A DNA stretch of 64,000 nt from Candidatus Latescibacterota bacterium (GTDB lineage Bacteria > Latescibacterota > UBA2968): assembly GCA_965207885.1 (NCBI GenBank), contig OZ242311.1, positions 5,984,001-6,048,000 of the forward strand. The letters run 5' to 3'. The translations under genes and the position numbers were made by a program. Below, one piece after another: positions 1 to 10,204 of this stretch. Every line of letters begins with the position of its first letter. Within the stretch, counting starts at the first letter, position 1. Under the pieces are notes generated by a model. The model had not been told where the DNA came from. It did not search any database and worked only from the letters and a program-made list of their open reading frames with translations.

Positions 1-1
1 T

Positions 2-820
2 CGCATACAGTGTTGCGCCGGATTGATCTGACCTTTTTTGCTCTCTTCCATTTCCTTCTGTCCGACCGCTTTGCGCCATCGCTGTCGCATAAATTGTGCC
101 ATTTGGCCCTACACTCAGCGAGTGAATCTCTTTTTCACGGGCATCGTAAAGTACATCTGCACCACCCTGATCGCGCACCCGATAAATCAGGCCGCTGTTA
201 TCTGTGCTCGCATAAAGCGCGCCCTGAGCACCTATCGCGAGCGATACCACATTGGGATCTTTGCTCGCGTAGAGCGCGGTGACTTTGCCCTGTTTGTCAA
301 TTTTCAAAATGCGCCCCTGGTCCCCACCTGTGCCCGCATATAAGCCACCGTTTGGGCGTGCGACTATTGCAAATACATGGCGATCACCTGTCTGACAAAA
401 TTCCGTGGGTTCTCGTCCCGGGGCGATGCGGTAGATCAGCCCGCCCGGCGATGTGCCCGCGTAAATAGCGCCATCTGCGCCAATGGCGAGGCTAAAAATG
501 TGAACTGTTGCGGAATCGGGGGCATCAAATAACAGTTCTGCCCGATCGCTGTCGGGTTTGAGCATGTAAATTCGACCTTTATTGCCGGTTCCGATGTACA
601 GGGTTTTGTCCTTATCTACAGATAGTGCCCACACAAAGTCTTCACCTGTATCTGCTACCCGTTTATAGGATGGCGCCAATGTCACTGTGCCTTCCCGCGT
701 GAGCGACACGCCATCGGGTTCTCCTTTCAGGAAAGCCGTCTGTGAATCTTCTCGCCAAATTTTGGGCGACACTGCGTTTGCGATTGTTCCAAAGAAGATG
801 AAAAGCAGCACATGTGTCAT
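2..820 (-). CDS. Secreted beta-propeller repeat protein, 3' end outside the window
   Basis: Not in the ORF track. Manual translation from ATG 820 (or GTG 853): MTHVLLFIFFGTIANAVSPKIWREDSQTAFLKGEPDGVSL..., with repeats such as LYIGTGNKGRIY and IYAGTSPGGLIY; open to the window edge; directly follows the S55 protease. Confidence 0.8.
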   Translation of the reverse strand, partial: MTHVLLFIFFGTIANAVSPKIWREDSQTAFLKGEPDGVSLTREGTVTLAPSYKRVADTGEDFVWALSVDKDKTLYIGTGNKGRIYMLKPDSDRAELLFDAPDSATVHIFSLAIGADGAIYAGTSPGGLIYRIAPGREPTEFCQTGDRHVFAIVARPNGGLYAGTGGDQGRILKIDKQGKVTALYASKDPNVVSLAIGAQGALYASTDNSGLIYRVRDQGGADVLYDAREKEIHSLSVGPNGTIYATAMAQSGRTEGNGREQKRSDQSGATLYA

Positions 821-836
821 CCCCGCTCTCAATATT

Positions 837-2609
837 CTATCTTTTTTCTTCACCCGAACCTCTCCTGCTTGAAAATGTTGCACTACCGTCTTTGCCCACG
901 ACCAGAAGCGCCGTTTGACTGCCGGTCAATACATAGTTGGTCCGTACGTGTTTTTGGCTATATACCGACTGCTGTGATTTTTGCACGACATCTGACCCTC
1001 GTGCCAGTGATAGTGCTGACAGAACCGAAGTGGGCAGTCCCGAAATTTCGCGTCCGCCCATTGTCACGCTGGGGCGGGAAGCTATGAATCTTGCAACGAG
1101 CACATCATTGCGCCCCGATTTCTCGATCAGACCAATCAGTCCATCCAGTGTTTTGGGTTGATAAGCGGTGCGTTTCATATCTTGTAATCGCTGTTCGCGT
1201 TCATTTACAATCTGCAATATCAAACGTCCTGATGCCATAAACCCGGGAATTGGCAAGGCGACATCTACGGTCTCGCGCTTGCCCAGCAACGGAGCCAGCG
1301 CAATAGAGACGTGTACTGTATCGCCCGGTTCGTAGCGCGAACGATCCAATCGCAGCCCTTCAATACGCGCACTTTGGGTGCGTTCCTCAACGGATAATTG
1401 AAATATAGCCGAGTCAATATTGGCATCGACAAAAGGATTCTGGATCACTTGCGCAAGGGGTTGTGTCAAGCCCAATACCGCCAACCCAAGCCCCTGAGTC
1501 CCTGCGTACTTATTTTTTATTTTCACGGGTTCGCGTTTGGGCATGTGCAACGTCAATTGTCCTGCAACAGTGGTTTCACCCGTCAATTTCTCAGCGGAGA
1601 TAACAGAGGTCGCTACGGCCATTCGCACCAGCAATGGGCCCAATTCTCTGTGTCGAAATACCTCCATATTAAACGAAGCGTCGTGGTTGGGAGATACGAC
1701 AGAGATACGCACGGGCATCATTTCTGCTTCAGATCCTATTACGCCAGCAATGCCCGGTGCGCGATCTTGTAAGATCACACCGATATGTCGCGATGCTGTG
1801 CCTACCTTAAACGAAAGCATCTGGCTGGAAATCACTTCGTGAATAAATGCTGCGGTCATAGACATCGCCGTGCGACCACCAAATAACAGGGGATGTCCAA
1901 ATCCCACTACCTTATCACCCACGCGATGCGTGAGCGTGCCAATACCCGTGACACTGAGATCGCCCCGGACCAGTTGCACGCCCAGAGGCGCGCCCGGTTC
2001 AAATGGACCGATAGATAGAGATGGGTCTGTTCCGCCGCCGCCCTGCATGGGCAACAGGCCGTATTTTGACAATTCTTCTCGATATTCCACGACCACTTGC
2101 TGAGCAAATCCCGAGAGCATCAAAGGTACAGCCACGGGTTTTAGCACACCGCCATGTACGCCATCTATTTGTCCATTCCACGGCGCAGATCCAAATGTCG
2201 CGTTCGACAGGGTGTCTCGCGATGTGCGTTGGAGTACCGTCATCATTTCGCCAATTGGCGTGATTCCCGCAATTGGCTCTTCGGCGAATGCACCAATGCT
2301 GTAGCCGACTGCGCCGACGAGTTTGCCCTCGATATATACCGGACTGCCACTCATGCCGGCGATGACGCCCGTTTGCGCCATGGGGCCACCGGATAACCGG
2401 GCGAGAATCATATCGCTTTTTGGGCCAAAGACATTGCGTAAAACACCCAAAACTTCGACGCCAAATGTATCGATGCGGGTGCCCTGAAATACCGTGCGGC
2501 CAACGCCTTTCATGCCGCGCTGGATATCATCGACGGACATGTACAACTCGGCACTGCTCGATCCATATAGTATGCAGATTGTGAAAAATGTCAAAAATCG
2601 AGAGAGCAT
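837..2609 (-). CDS. SpoIVB-like peptidase S55 domain protein, secreted
   Basis: Signal peptide; GVIAGMSGSPVY catalytic-Ser motif; FGHP motif. Confidence 0.85.
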   Translation of the reverse strand: MLSRFLTFFTICILYGSSSAELYMSVDDIQRGMKGVGRTVFQGTRIDTFGVEVLGVLRNVFGPKSDMILARLSGGPMAQTGVIAGMSGSPVYIEGKLVGAVGYSIGAFAEEPIAGITPIGEMMTVLQRTSRDTLSNATFGSAPWNGQIDGVHGGVLKPVAVPLMLSGFAQQVVVEYREELSKYGLLPMQGGGGTDPSLSIGPFEPGAPLGVQLVRGDLSVTGIGTLTHRVGDKVVGFGHPLLFGGRTAMSMTAAFIHEVISSQMLSFKVGTASRHIGVILQDRAPGIAGVIGSEAEMMPVRISVVSPNHDASFNMEVFRHRELGPLLVRMAVATSVISAEKLTGETTVAGQLTLHMPKREPVKIKNKYAGTQGLGLAVLGLTQPLAQVIQNPFVDANIDSAIFQLSVEERTQSARIEGLRLDRSRYEPGDTVHVSIALAPLLGKRETVDVALPIPGFMASGRLILQIVNEREQRLQDMKRTAYQPKTLDGLIGLIEKSGRNDVLVARFIASRPSVTMGGREISGLPTSVLSALSLARGSDVVQKSQQSVYSQKHVRTNYVLTGSQTALLVVGKDGSATFSSRRGSGEEKR

Positions 2610-2720
2610 GCATTCACTTCCGCGTAGAAGGGGATAAGAGAAAATTTTTGCATTCTGATATTATACCGTTTTTTGGGGCGGTGAACAAGTTTCTTGTAAA
2701 ACATATCAAATCTGAGTATA

Positions 2721-3200
2721 ATGACAAATATGCAGATCACTTTGGTCACTGTGGGCAGGTTCAAAGACGCGTGTTATCGAGACGCCGCACAAAATTATAT
2801 CAAGCGACTACAACACTACGTCGCTTATGATGAGATTGAGGTGCGCGAAGAGCGCGGTGGCAAAAATGCCCGCGTGTCTGATATTATTGAGAAAGAAGGC
2901 CATCGCCTTTTAAGTGCGCTGCATCCAGATGCCACTGTGGTTGCTCTCGGGCCTTCTGGCAAATTGTGTCGTTCTGAAATTTTAGCCAAAAGATTGAACC
3001 ATGTGCGCGTACAAAGAAAAAGCCGCCTCTTTTTTCTCATTGGCGGCCCTTTTGGGCTTGCATCTCGAGTTTTGTCGCGTGCAGATTGGCATTTGTCACT
3101 TTCACCTATGACCTTTCCGCACGAATTGGCGCGCGTTATCTTGCTCGAGCAACTCTATCGCGCCTTTACGATTATCAGAGGTGAAAATTACCACAAATAA
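2721..3200 (+). CDS. rlmH: 23S rRNA (pseudouridine1915-N3)-methyltransferase
   Basis: FLIGGPFGL, LSLSPMTFPHELARVILLEQLYRA, C-terminal YHK. Confidence 0.95.
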   Translation: MTNMQITLVTVGRFKDACYRDAAQNYIKRLQHYVAYDEIEVREERGGKNARVSDIIEKEGHRLLSALHPDATVVALGPSGKLCRSEILAKRLNHVRVQRKSRLFFLIGGPFGLASRVLSRADWHLSLSPMTFPHELARVILLEQLYRAFTIIRGENYHK

Positions 3201-3224
3201 AACAATTTAGAAACCGCTTAAAAT

Positions 3225-3505
3225 CAGCCCGGGGGCAGGCGACTCACACAGCCTGGGAGAGATGATTCTGCAGAGAATCCGGCTACGTTGAGTCAACTCG
3301 CCCCCGGGTTTTAACATGTCAAAACCAAACCTGTGCTGATAAGGGGTAAATCAGTAATAGCGAGTTCACTAACTCAAATATATGGTAGAAAAATTGGAAC
3401 GGGGAGTTTAGATAAGCTATTCACAGATGACTGAGAAAATCCGATGGGGAATCGGGGTCACCTGCTTGACTCAGGGGGAGTTGACGAGTTTTTGCCACAA
3501 GAACG
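3225..3505 (-). ncRNA. Putative small RNA convergent with rlmH
   Basis: Minus-strand TTGACT(3539-3534)-17bp-TATTTT(3516-3511); no credible ORF downstream; long hairpin CCCGGGGGC...GCCCCCGGG at about 3228-3308. Confidence 0.4.
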
Positions 3506-3586
3506 GGCTTAAAATAAGCCATTGTTTTTATTAAGTCAAGAGTAGTTTTTTTTAAATCTGATATGAGCCAGATATTGTGTATCACA

Positions 3587-4891
3587 TCATTGTTTACCAC
3601 AGCCCAATGTGGTTCTATTTTTAAATAATCGCGTGTACAGGGTCGGTTCTTCAAAAATCCCTCCGCTTTGATCGTAGTAGTTCCCATCTAACACAAATGC
3701 ACCACCTCTGGGTCGCAACCACGATGCATTGGGCACGGGATATTCCGAGAGCATGCGATCCCATGTTCCGTAATTTTCCGGGCCGTTGGATTCCATCAGT
3801 CCCCCTTTCACACCGGGAAATGCAGGCAATCGCGCGGCCACGTTTTTGTTCCATTCCACCAGCACGGGTACACACGCATTATCCGCCACAAAACACGGTA
3901 CATTATATCGCATTGTGGCTTTGATCATGCGAAAAGCCAATGAGAGGGTTTTACCCGCGGGTTTGATCGCCATAGCGCCATATCCCTGTTCCAGACGGGT
4001 GTGTACATCCGCAATGGTTTCGATGCTCTCATCCCCTGCAAAACGGGCAGGCAAGTCGTGTACATCGATATCTGCTGGGCGGGAAAAGGGTTCTTCAATC
4101 AGGACAATGCGATCCAGAATACCTTCATTGTCCGCGTGATCTAATAAGCGCGCCATGCTGTTTTTTTCGCCATAACGACCATTGGCGTCGAGATAATAGA
4201 GCACATGGCCCGAATCCGTCATCTCCGTTTCGTACTGAGATGCCAGACTGTGAATCTGCGACAGGCAGGCCATGTCTGTTTTTACCATTTCAGTTTCATC
4301 TCCCGGATGCCCAATTTTGATTTTTAGTATGTACGCTCCGCTATCTAAAATTGCCCGCAATTCATCTATGGGCAGGGTATAACTCACTGCGGGTACGAGC
4401 GCGACATGCGATTGGCGATGGGATAAAAATGAGCGAAATTTTTCCGGGATTAAGGCGTCGAAGGTCGTCAATCCCGTCCGCTTTGCATACAAGATCCATG
4501 CGGCATTGTCCAGCGCTACCAGTGCAATTAGCGCAAATGTTCGGCGCAAATCCCCCTGGCCTGTGATCGCTTTGGCATAAGAAAAGACTTCGTTTTCAAT
4601 GGTGTCGAACAATGCGATTGGATCGGCAAATTCTTTCCCTTTGATGTGCTGTAGTGCAAATTCCAGGAGAGACGCCTGGAGCAAATTGCCGCCCATTTCC
4701 GTATGTGCAGCAAATACGGTAGCGTCTGACCACAGTACGGCCAAACCACCTATCCCAAAAGCCTCATACCCATCGGCATCTTTCAAGCGCACGACGAGAT
4801 TCCACTTTTCGTGAAAAGCCGATCCCTTAAACGCAAAGGGCCGTGCGAATGGCTCGCGCTGAATTTCTAAATCTGTTTCGACAATACGCAT
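3587..4891 (-). CDS. Enolase-superfamily protein (dipeptide epimerase / mandelate racemase-like)
   Basis: KIKIG, YLDANG, IEEP, GDES motifs; start placed at MRIVETDLE. Confidence 0.75.
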   Translation of the reverse strand: MRIVETDLEIQREPFARPFAFKGSAFHEKWNLVVRLKDADGYEAFGIGGLAVLWSDATVFAAHTEMGGNLLQASLLEFALQHIKGKEFADPIALFDTIENEVFSYAKAITGQGDLRRTFALIALVALDNAAWILYAKRTGLTTFDALIPEKFRSFLSHRQSHVALVPAVSYTLPIDELRAILDSGAYILKIKIGHPGDETEMVKTDMACLSQIHSLASQYETEMTDSGHVLYYLDANGRYGEKNSMARLLDHADNEGILDRIVLIEEPFSRPADIDVHDLPARFAGDESIETIADVHTRLEQGYGAMAIKPAGKTLSLAFRMIKATMRYNVPCFVADNACVPVLVEWNKNVAARLPAFPGVKGGLMESNGPENYGTWDRMLSEYPVPNASWLRPRGGAFVLDGNYYDQSGGIFEEPTLYTRLFKNRTTLGCGKQ

Positions 4892-4934
4892 TTGTTTGTA
4901 TCCTTTGATGTAGCGGTCAGACCAACCAGCCCCC

Positions 4935-4966
4935 GTCATCGCGGCAGGCTGTTAGCCGCGATCCAG
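4935..4966 (+). repeat. GTCAT-stem-loop-ATCCAG palindromic repeat, copy 1
   Basis: GTCATCGCGGCAGGCTGTTAGCCGCGATCCAG; related copies at 13365, 61574 and 61645. Confidence 0.75.
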
Positions 4967-5013
4967 GAAGTTTTTTTTTATTATTTTGTACTGCGGATTT
5001 TAGGATAATATAC

Positions 5014-5643
5014 ATGCCCAACGCGATTTGCAAGCCCTATATAGTTGGTATTGCCGGAGGCACTGGCGCGGGTAAGACCACACTGTCAAATATACTTTTT
5101 GATCATCTCGGGGATGATTGTGCGCTACGGATTTCCCACGATGCGTATTATCGCGATTTTGCCCATGTCCCGGCAGACCAGCGCAGGCAAATCAATTTCG
5201 ATCATCCCGATGCACTCGAGACAGATTTGCTGGTGCAACATCTTCAGGCATTATCCCGCGGGGAGACCGTGTTGATACCCACTTATGATTTTACTACCCA
5301 TTCCCGTTCTAATAGAACCCTTGAGTTATGCCCTCGCCCCATTATTATTGTCGAAGGCATTCTCCTGTTGGTCGAACAAATGCTGCGCGACGCTCTGAAT
5401 TTGAAAATTTTTGTGGATACGCCACCAGATATTCGCTTGATTCGTCGCGTCAACCGCGATGTTGATGAACGCGGACGCTCTCCCGAATCCGTTACCCTTC
5501 AATACCGCGAAACCGTGCGCCCCATGCACGATATTTATGTCGAACCCTCCCGCAAATATGCCGATCTCATCGTTTGCGGAGATCGCGATTTTACCATTGC
5601 GACAGATTTGATTTTGGGACATCTATGTACCTTAAAAAAATAA
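5014..5643 (+). CDS. udk: Uridine kinase
   Basis: GIAGGTGAGKTT P-loop, NFDHPDA, VEGIL, RPMH..YVEPS. Confidence 0.93.
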   Translation: MPNAICKPYIVGIAGGTGAGKTTLSNILFDHLGDDCALRISHDAYYRDFAHVPADQRRQINFDHPDALETDLLVQHLQALSRGETVLIPTYDFTTHSRSNRTLELCPRPIIIVEGILLLVEQMLRDALNLKIFVDTPPDIRLIRRVNRDVDERGRSPESVTLQYRETVRPMHDIYVEPSRKYADLIVCGDRDFTIATDLILGHLCTLKK

Positions 5644-5644
5644 A

Positions 5645-5668
5645 GGGGAGACCTCAAAAGGTCTCCCC
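5645..5668 (+). terminator. Hairpin between convergent udk and porin genes
   Basis: GGGGAGACCT-caaa-AGGTCTCCCC. Confidence 0.55.
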
Positions 5669-5745
5669 CTCTCGCCTGGTCGCATCTGATTAACCACGCC
5701 ACGAAGCAAACCAGAAATGCCGACCCGGATCGAGAATTGAATAAC

Positions 5746-6492
5746 TTACTGCCCAAATCCGATGCTTACGCCTCCCCAAATAGTGCGGTTGTCGGGATTG
5801 ATTTCTGTATCGGCATAAGAAAATCCAATGGTTGGCGCAATCGAGATTGCGCAGGCATTACAACTGAGAGAAGCTGTAACCGTGAGATCGTTAAAACCTA
5901 TTTTATTAGCACCCGTTTCATCTAATACGTAATTGCTCATCGCAACACTTGCACCGATGCTCAATACTTGCCCATCTTCTGAGCCGAGCGGAATGTCATA
6001 GCCTCCCGACAAAGACGCATACCAGGCCTCTACCAGACCAAAATCGTAATAAAATGTCAGTGCAGGTGATATGGCGTTATCCAGAGAAAGCCCAATATAA
6101 GCTTCTTGCGAGAGATTTGAGTCTTCATCTGCACTGGGAAATACGTATTGGATATAACCGATGGAAACGCCCAGGCCCATGTCCTCGCTCAAGGATCTCG
6201 AATAGTCGGCATAAAAGTCGAGTTCATCGACATTTTGGGTTTGGGTATCGGGATTTCTGTCATCAACGCGGTCTTGCACAAACCACGATCCCCACGCGCC
6301 TAATGACAAACCCGTTTCACCGAATCCCACCTCAATACCCGGCTGGGCCACAATTTTGTCATCGGCTCCGAGCACATAACCGCGCCAAATATATCCCGTA
6401 TAGCTATCTAGAGTAATACCGACCGACATCTGAGCATTTGCGGGGGCGATTAGAAAAATTCCCGCAATCAAAATGCCACATAATTTCTTCAT
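5746..6492 (-). CDS. Outer-membrane beta-barrel, TorF-like putative porin
   Basis: Signal peptide, Y.WRG near the N-terminus, ELDFY, alternating beta pattern, aromatic C-terminus. Confidence 0.7.
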   Translation of the reverse strand: MKKLCGILIAGIFLIAPANAQMSVGITLDSYTGYIWRGYVLGADDKIVAQPGIEVGFGETGLSLGAWGSWFVQDRVDDRNPDTQTQNVDELDFYADYSRSLSEDMGLGVSIGYIQYVFPSADEDSNLSQEAYIGLSLDNAISPALTFYYDFGLVEAWYASLSGGYDIPLGSEDGQVLSIGASVAMSNYVLDETGANKIGFNDLTVTASLSCNACAISIAPTIGFSYADTEINPDNRTIWGGVSIGFGQ

Positions 6493-6721
6493 AAGTCCCT
6501 CCTGATGAGTTTATACACAGTGATACATTATGACCTGTATGCAAAATTTTGTGGCGTACACACAGACCATATTTTGGATTTTGAAGCGTGTACTTTTAGT
6601 TTTTCATTTTCTCCTTTCTAAAAATATATGCGGAAGATGTTTCATTAGGGTTTCTTAAACATAAAAAAAAATGAAATAAAAAACAAAAATACGTCCAATG
6701 TTTCAAGTGTGTAAACGGCTT

Positions 6722-8473
6722 TTAAAAATAATAAATCAGATAAATTGCAAGAAAAATAATTGCGATGAGCACATTGCTTTGCGATAACCACGAGCGGCCA
6801 AACAATCCCCTATTACTGTGTTGCGCCCGAATACCCGCAATGAGTTTTCGAACCACCGCCTTTACATTCTGAAAAAAGGCATTGACGAGCGGTCCGCCTG
6901 TGCGGACAACGGCGCGAATACCTTTTGGTAAAGCGCGTCGATAAATCCAGTCTGAGTCGAGATTTACACCGGGCAATTCGGGAGGGTGCTTGCCTATTAA
7001 TATCAGTATCCCGACAATACCTCGCTTCCTCTGTGTTTCCAGAAATACGTCGATTTCACTCGTCAACATCAGTACCGCAAATGCCAGCACTGCGAAGAAG
7101 ACCAGTTGGAGTTGGAGCACGACGTGGGTCGTGGTATAGGGCACGTAATCTACGGGATGCGGCAACAGGTTGTAGAGCAGCGGTGGATAGGAGCCTATGA
7201 CAATACAGAGTATGGCAGAGATCGTCATGGCGATCCGCATGTTGAGGGGGGCTTCGGGACAGCGAATTCCAGAGTCGTGTGCAAAAAATGAAAAAAATGG
7301 AATTTTGACGCCTGCGTGGTGAAGCACGCCCGCCGATGCAAATAAGAGCACCAGCCAGATGGCCACAGCACCGCTGTCCGCGACGCCCTGCATGACCATG
7401 GATTTGCTGATAAACGCGTTGAACAGGGGTATTGCGGATATGGATGCGGCGCCTATAATACAGCAAGCACAGGTCCAGGGCATGGATTTATAAAGGCCAC
7501 CCAGTTCTGAGGCATTGATACGCCCGCTGGAAAATAAGACAGCGCCCATGGACATGAATAGCAGCCCTTTGAAAAGTACGTCATTGAATGCATGCGATAC
7601 TGCGCCGTTAATGCCCAGTGCGCCTCCGATGCCAATGCCCGCGACCATAAATCCGATCTGGTTGATCATGCTGTAGCTCAATACGCGGCGCATATCGTTT
7701 TCGATGGCTGCGTAGAATATCGGAAAGATGGTCATGATGGTGCCGATGTAGATGAGCAGGTCTTCACCGGGAAATCCGCGTGCGAGGGCATATACGGCGG
7801 TTTTGGTTGTAAAGGCACTCAAAAATACGGTACCCACGGGCGTGGATTCTGGATAGGCGTCGATCAGCCAGTTGTGGAGGAGGGGAAAGGCGCATTTGAT
7901 TCCAAAGGCGAAAAATATCAGGTAGTGATGTCCCTCATTTAGTCCGATGTGATCAAAGGCGAGGGATTTTGTGTTTAAATAGTAGAATACCGCGCCGAGC
8001 AGGAGTAGCAAGCCCGACGAGATGTGCATGACCAGATAGCGCATTCCCGACCGCAGTGCACACTCACCGCCGCGCGCCCACACGAGGAATACCGATGTGA
8101 TCGCCAGTAATTCCCAGAAGATGAACAGGGTGATCAGATCGCCGGCAAATACCGCCCCAATCGCCGATCCCGCGTAGATTAATCCCGTGCCGATTTGCAA
8201 CCGGTCTTTGAGATGTAGCGCGTAAATTGCGCCGATAAAGGCCGCCAGGTGGAACAGGTATCCAAATAGCATGCTCAAGCGGTCTGCACGCAGTATGGTC
8301 AGTTCGTAGCCGCCCCAGGTGATGTGCCACAGGGTGTCATCGGCAATGGTCAGCAGGTTTAAAAATCCGAGCACGGGCAAGCATACCGACGCGATGCGGC
8401 GCGGTGTGGTTGGCAGGCAAAATAAAAGCAGGCCACCCGCCAGCAGGATCAGTGCGGGATGAACCTCACTCAT
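6722..8473 (-). CDS. mrpD: Mrp Na+/H+ antiporter subunit D/A-like (third antiporter-like subunit)
   Basis: FIFWE, PLLHNWLIDAYPE, FTTKT, LFKGLLF. Confidence 0.85.
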   Translation of the reverse strand: MSEVHPALILLAGGLLLFCLPTTPRRIASVCLPVLGFLNLLTIADDTLWHITWGGYELTILRADRLSMLFGYLFHLAAFIGAIYALHLKDRLQIGTGLIYAGSAIGAVFAGDLITLFIFWELLAITSVFLVWARGGECALRSGMRYLVMHISSGLLLLLGAVFYYLNTKSLAFDHIGLNEGHHYLIFFAFGIKCAFPLLHNWLIDAYPESTPVGTVFLSAFTTKTAVYALARGFPGEDLLIYIGTIMTIFPIFYAAIENDMRRVLSYSMINQIGFMVAGIGIGGALGINGAVSHAFNDVLFKGLLFMSMGAVLFSSGRINASELGGLYKSMPWTCACCIIGAASISAIPLFNAFISKSMVMQGVADSGAVAIWLVLLFASAGVLHHAGVKIPFFSFFAHDSGIRCPEAPLNMRIAMTISAILCIVIGSYPPLLYNLLPHPVDYVPYTTTHVVLQLQLVFFAVLAFAVLMLTSEIDVFLETQRKRGIVGILILIGKHPPELPGVNLDSDWIYRRALPKGIRAVVRTGGPLVNAFFQNVKAVVRKLIAGIRAQHSNRGLFGRSWLSQSNVLIAIIFLAIYLIYYF

Positions 8474-8744
8474 CGTAATAGTCCTCCGACCGTAACAGCG
8501 TTTTTCTCAAGAGTATGGAGCCCCAGACGATTATCAAATAAGCGACAAATCCGTAAATGGCGTAGAATCCAAATCGGCCTTCAATTGGCAATTCGCCTTC
8601 GGCAAAAGTCAAGTGTCGATGCACGATGAGGTCGGTCAGGACCAACAACGTACACCACGCGAAGAAGCCCAAAATCAGCCAGCGCACGGATCCGAGATGG
8701 GCCACAAAGCGTTCATTCTGTTTTGGGGATTCGGGATGGTTCAT
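8466..8744 (-). CDS. Small 2-TM membrane protein in the mrp operon
   Basis: Start MNHPESP overlaps the upstream stop; GFYAIYGFVA and R.EDYYD C-terminus. Confidence 0.7.
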   Translation of the reverse strand: MNHPESPKQNERFVAHLGSVRWLILGFFAWCTLLVLTDLIVHRHLTFAEGELPIEGRFGFYAIYGFVAYLIIVWGSILLRKTLLRSEDYYDE

Positions 8745-10204
8745 GGCATGGCCCCTCCGATCATAAGCAACAGGTTCAGAACAGGTTCGGGATAGATATA
8801 GAGTACCAGGCAGCCGACGGCTGTAAATGATAAGGGGAGTACGCACGCAAGCGGTGCTTCGTGCAGGCCGTCGTGGTCATTGGTTGCGGACGCAAAAAAT
8901 GCATAAATGGGAATTGGCAACAAATAGAGGACGTTGAGTAGCGAACTGATGAGCAATACGCCCGCGGCCACATATTGATGGGCTTCAATAGAAGCCATAA
9001 CCAGATACCACTTGCTCCACGCACCCGCAAAAGGCGGAATTCCGATAATGCTCAGAGAGCCGATCAAAAAGGCGAACATCGTAAAGGGCATCTGCCGTCC
9101 AATGCCCTTCATGTCGCTGATTTCTGTTTTGTGCAAAGCTACCAGGATGGCTCCGGCACAGAAGAACAGGGTGATTTTGCCAAAGGCATGCGTTACGATG
9201 TGCATGCTACCGCCCAGCACACCCAGGTCATTTGCCAGCGACGCTCCCAGCACGATGTAGGATAACTGGCTGATTGTGGAATACGCCAGTCGTGCTTTCA
9301 AGTTGTCCTTTGTCATCGCTACCAACGATCCCACCAGTATGGTGAAGCCAGCGATATAGGTCAGCCATTCGCTAAGACCCGCATTCGAAAGCAGGTCTGT
9401 GCCAAAGAGGTAGATCACCACTTTCATTATTGTAAATACGCCGGCTTTTACCACGGCTACTGCATGTAGCAATGCGCTGACAGGCGTGGGTGCGACCATT
9501 GCCGCGGGCAACCATCGGTGGAATGGCATTAACGCCGCTTTTCCGGTTCCAAAGGCATAGAGACCGAGGAGGACGATTACAATACCTTCGCTCGCTTTTC
9601 CGGTTAGAATACCGCCCGGCGCAAATTCCAGCGTGCCGGTCAGTTGCCAGGTCCACACCATGCCTAGCAACAGAAAACCCACCGATGTGCTCATCAAAAT
9701 GCCCATGTAAATGCGTCCGGCGCGCATGGCTTCTTCACTGCGGTGGTGCGTTACAAGTGGATATGTCGATAGGGTCAAAATCTCGTAAAATATGAACAGA
9801 GTGAACATATTGCGGGCAAAAGCCACGCCCAGAGCAGCCGAGATCGCAAATGCGAAGAACACAAAAAACCGCGTCTGATTTTCTTCGTGATGCCCGCGCA
9901 TGTATCCGATAGCATAGATCGTGGTGACAATCCACAAACCCGATGCGATGAGGGCAAATATCATGCCCAATGGCTCTACCTGAAATGCCAGTGATAGGCC
10001 CGGCATTACGTCTATGACATGCGCGGCGGGTTGTGCGCCGTCCATTACCGAAGGCAGGAGTGAAATGACTGTGCCAAAGGTCAATACAGCCGCAACCAAT
10101 CCGATAGCTTCGCGCACATTGGGGCTGCGCGAGGTCAGTGCAATAAAGGGCATGCCCAGAAGCGGTAACGCAATGGATACGAGTATGGCGGTTGATCCAC
10201 TCAC
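8741..10204 (-). CDS. mrpD: Mrp antiporter subunit D family
   Basis: PFHRWLPAAMVAPTPVSALLHA, LAYSTISQLSY; GTG start overlapping the upstream stop. Confidence 0.88.
   Translation of the reverse strand: MSGSTAILVSIALPLLGMPFIALTSRSPNVREAIGLVAAVLTFGTVISLLPSVMDGAQPAAHVIDVMPGLSLAFQVEPLGMIFALIASGLWIVTTIYAIGYMRGHHEENQTRFFVFFAFAISAALGVAFARNMFTLFIFYEILTLSTYPLVTHHRSEEAMRAGRIYMGILMSTSVGFLLLGMVWTWQLTGTLEFAPGGILTGKASEGIVIVLLGLYAFGTGKAALMPFHRWLPAAMVAPTPVSALLHAVAVVKAGVFTIMKVVIYLFGTDLLSNAGLSEWLTYIAGFTILVGSLVAMTKDNLKARLAYSTISQLSYIVLGASLANDLGVLGGSMHIVTHAFGKITLFFCAGAILVALHKTEISDMKGIGRQMPFTMFAFLIGSLSIIGIPPFAGAWSKWYLVMASIEAHQYVAAGVLLISSLLNVLYLLPIPIYAFFASATNDHDGLHEAPLACVLPLSFTAVGCLVLYIYPEPVLNLLLMIGGAMP

Noticed and set aside
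3228-3308. Possible tRNA-Sec or SRP RNA
   Set aside because: No T-loop/anticodon arm and no SRP GGAA/AGCAG motif visible.
6596-6617. Strong RBS followed by a 3-codon ORF (MKN) upstream of the porin gene, minus strand
   Set aside because: Too short to support; may be a remnant or a homopolymer error.
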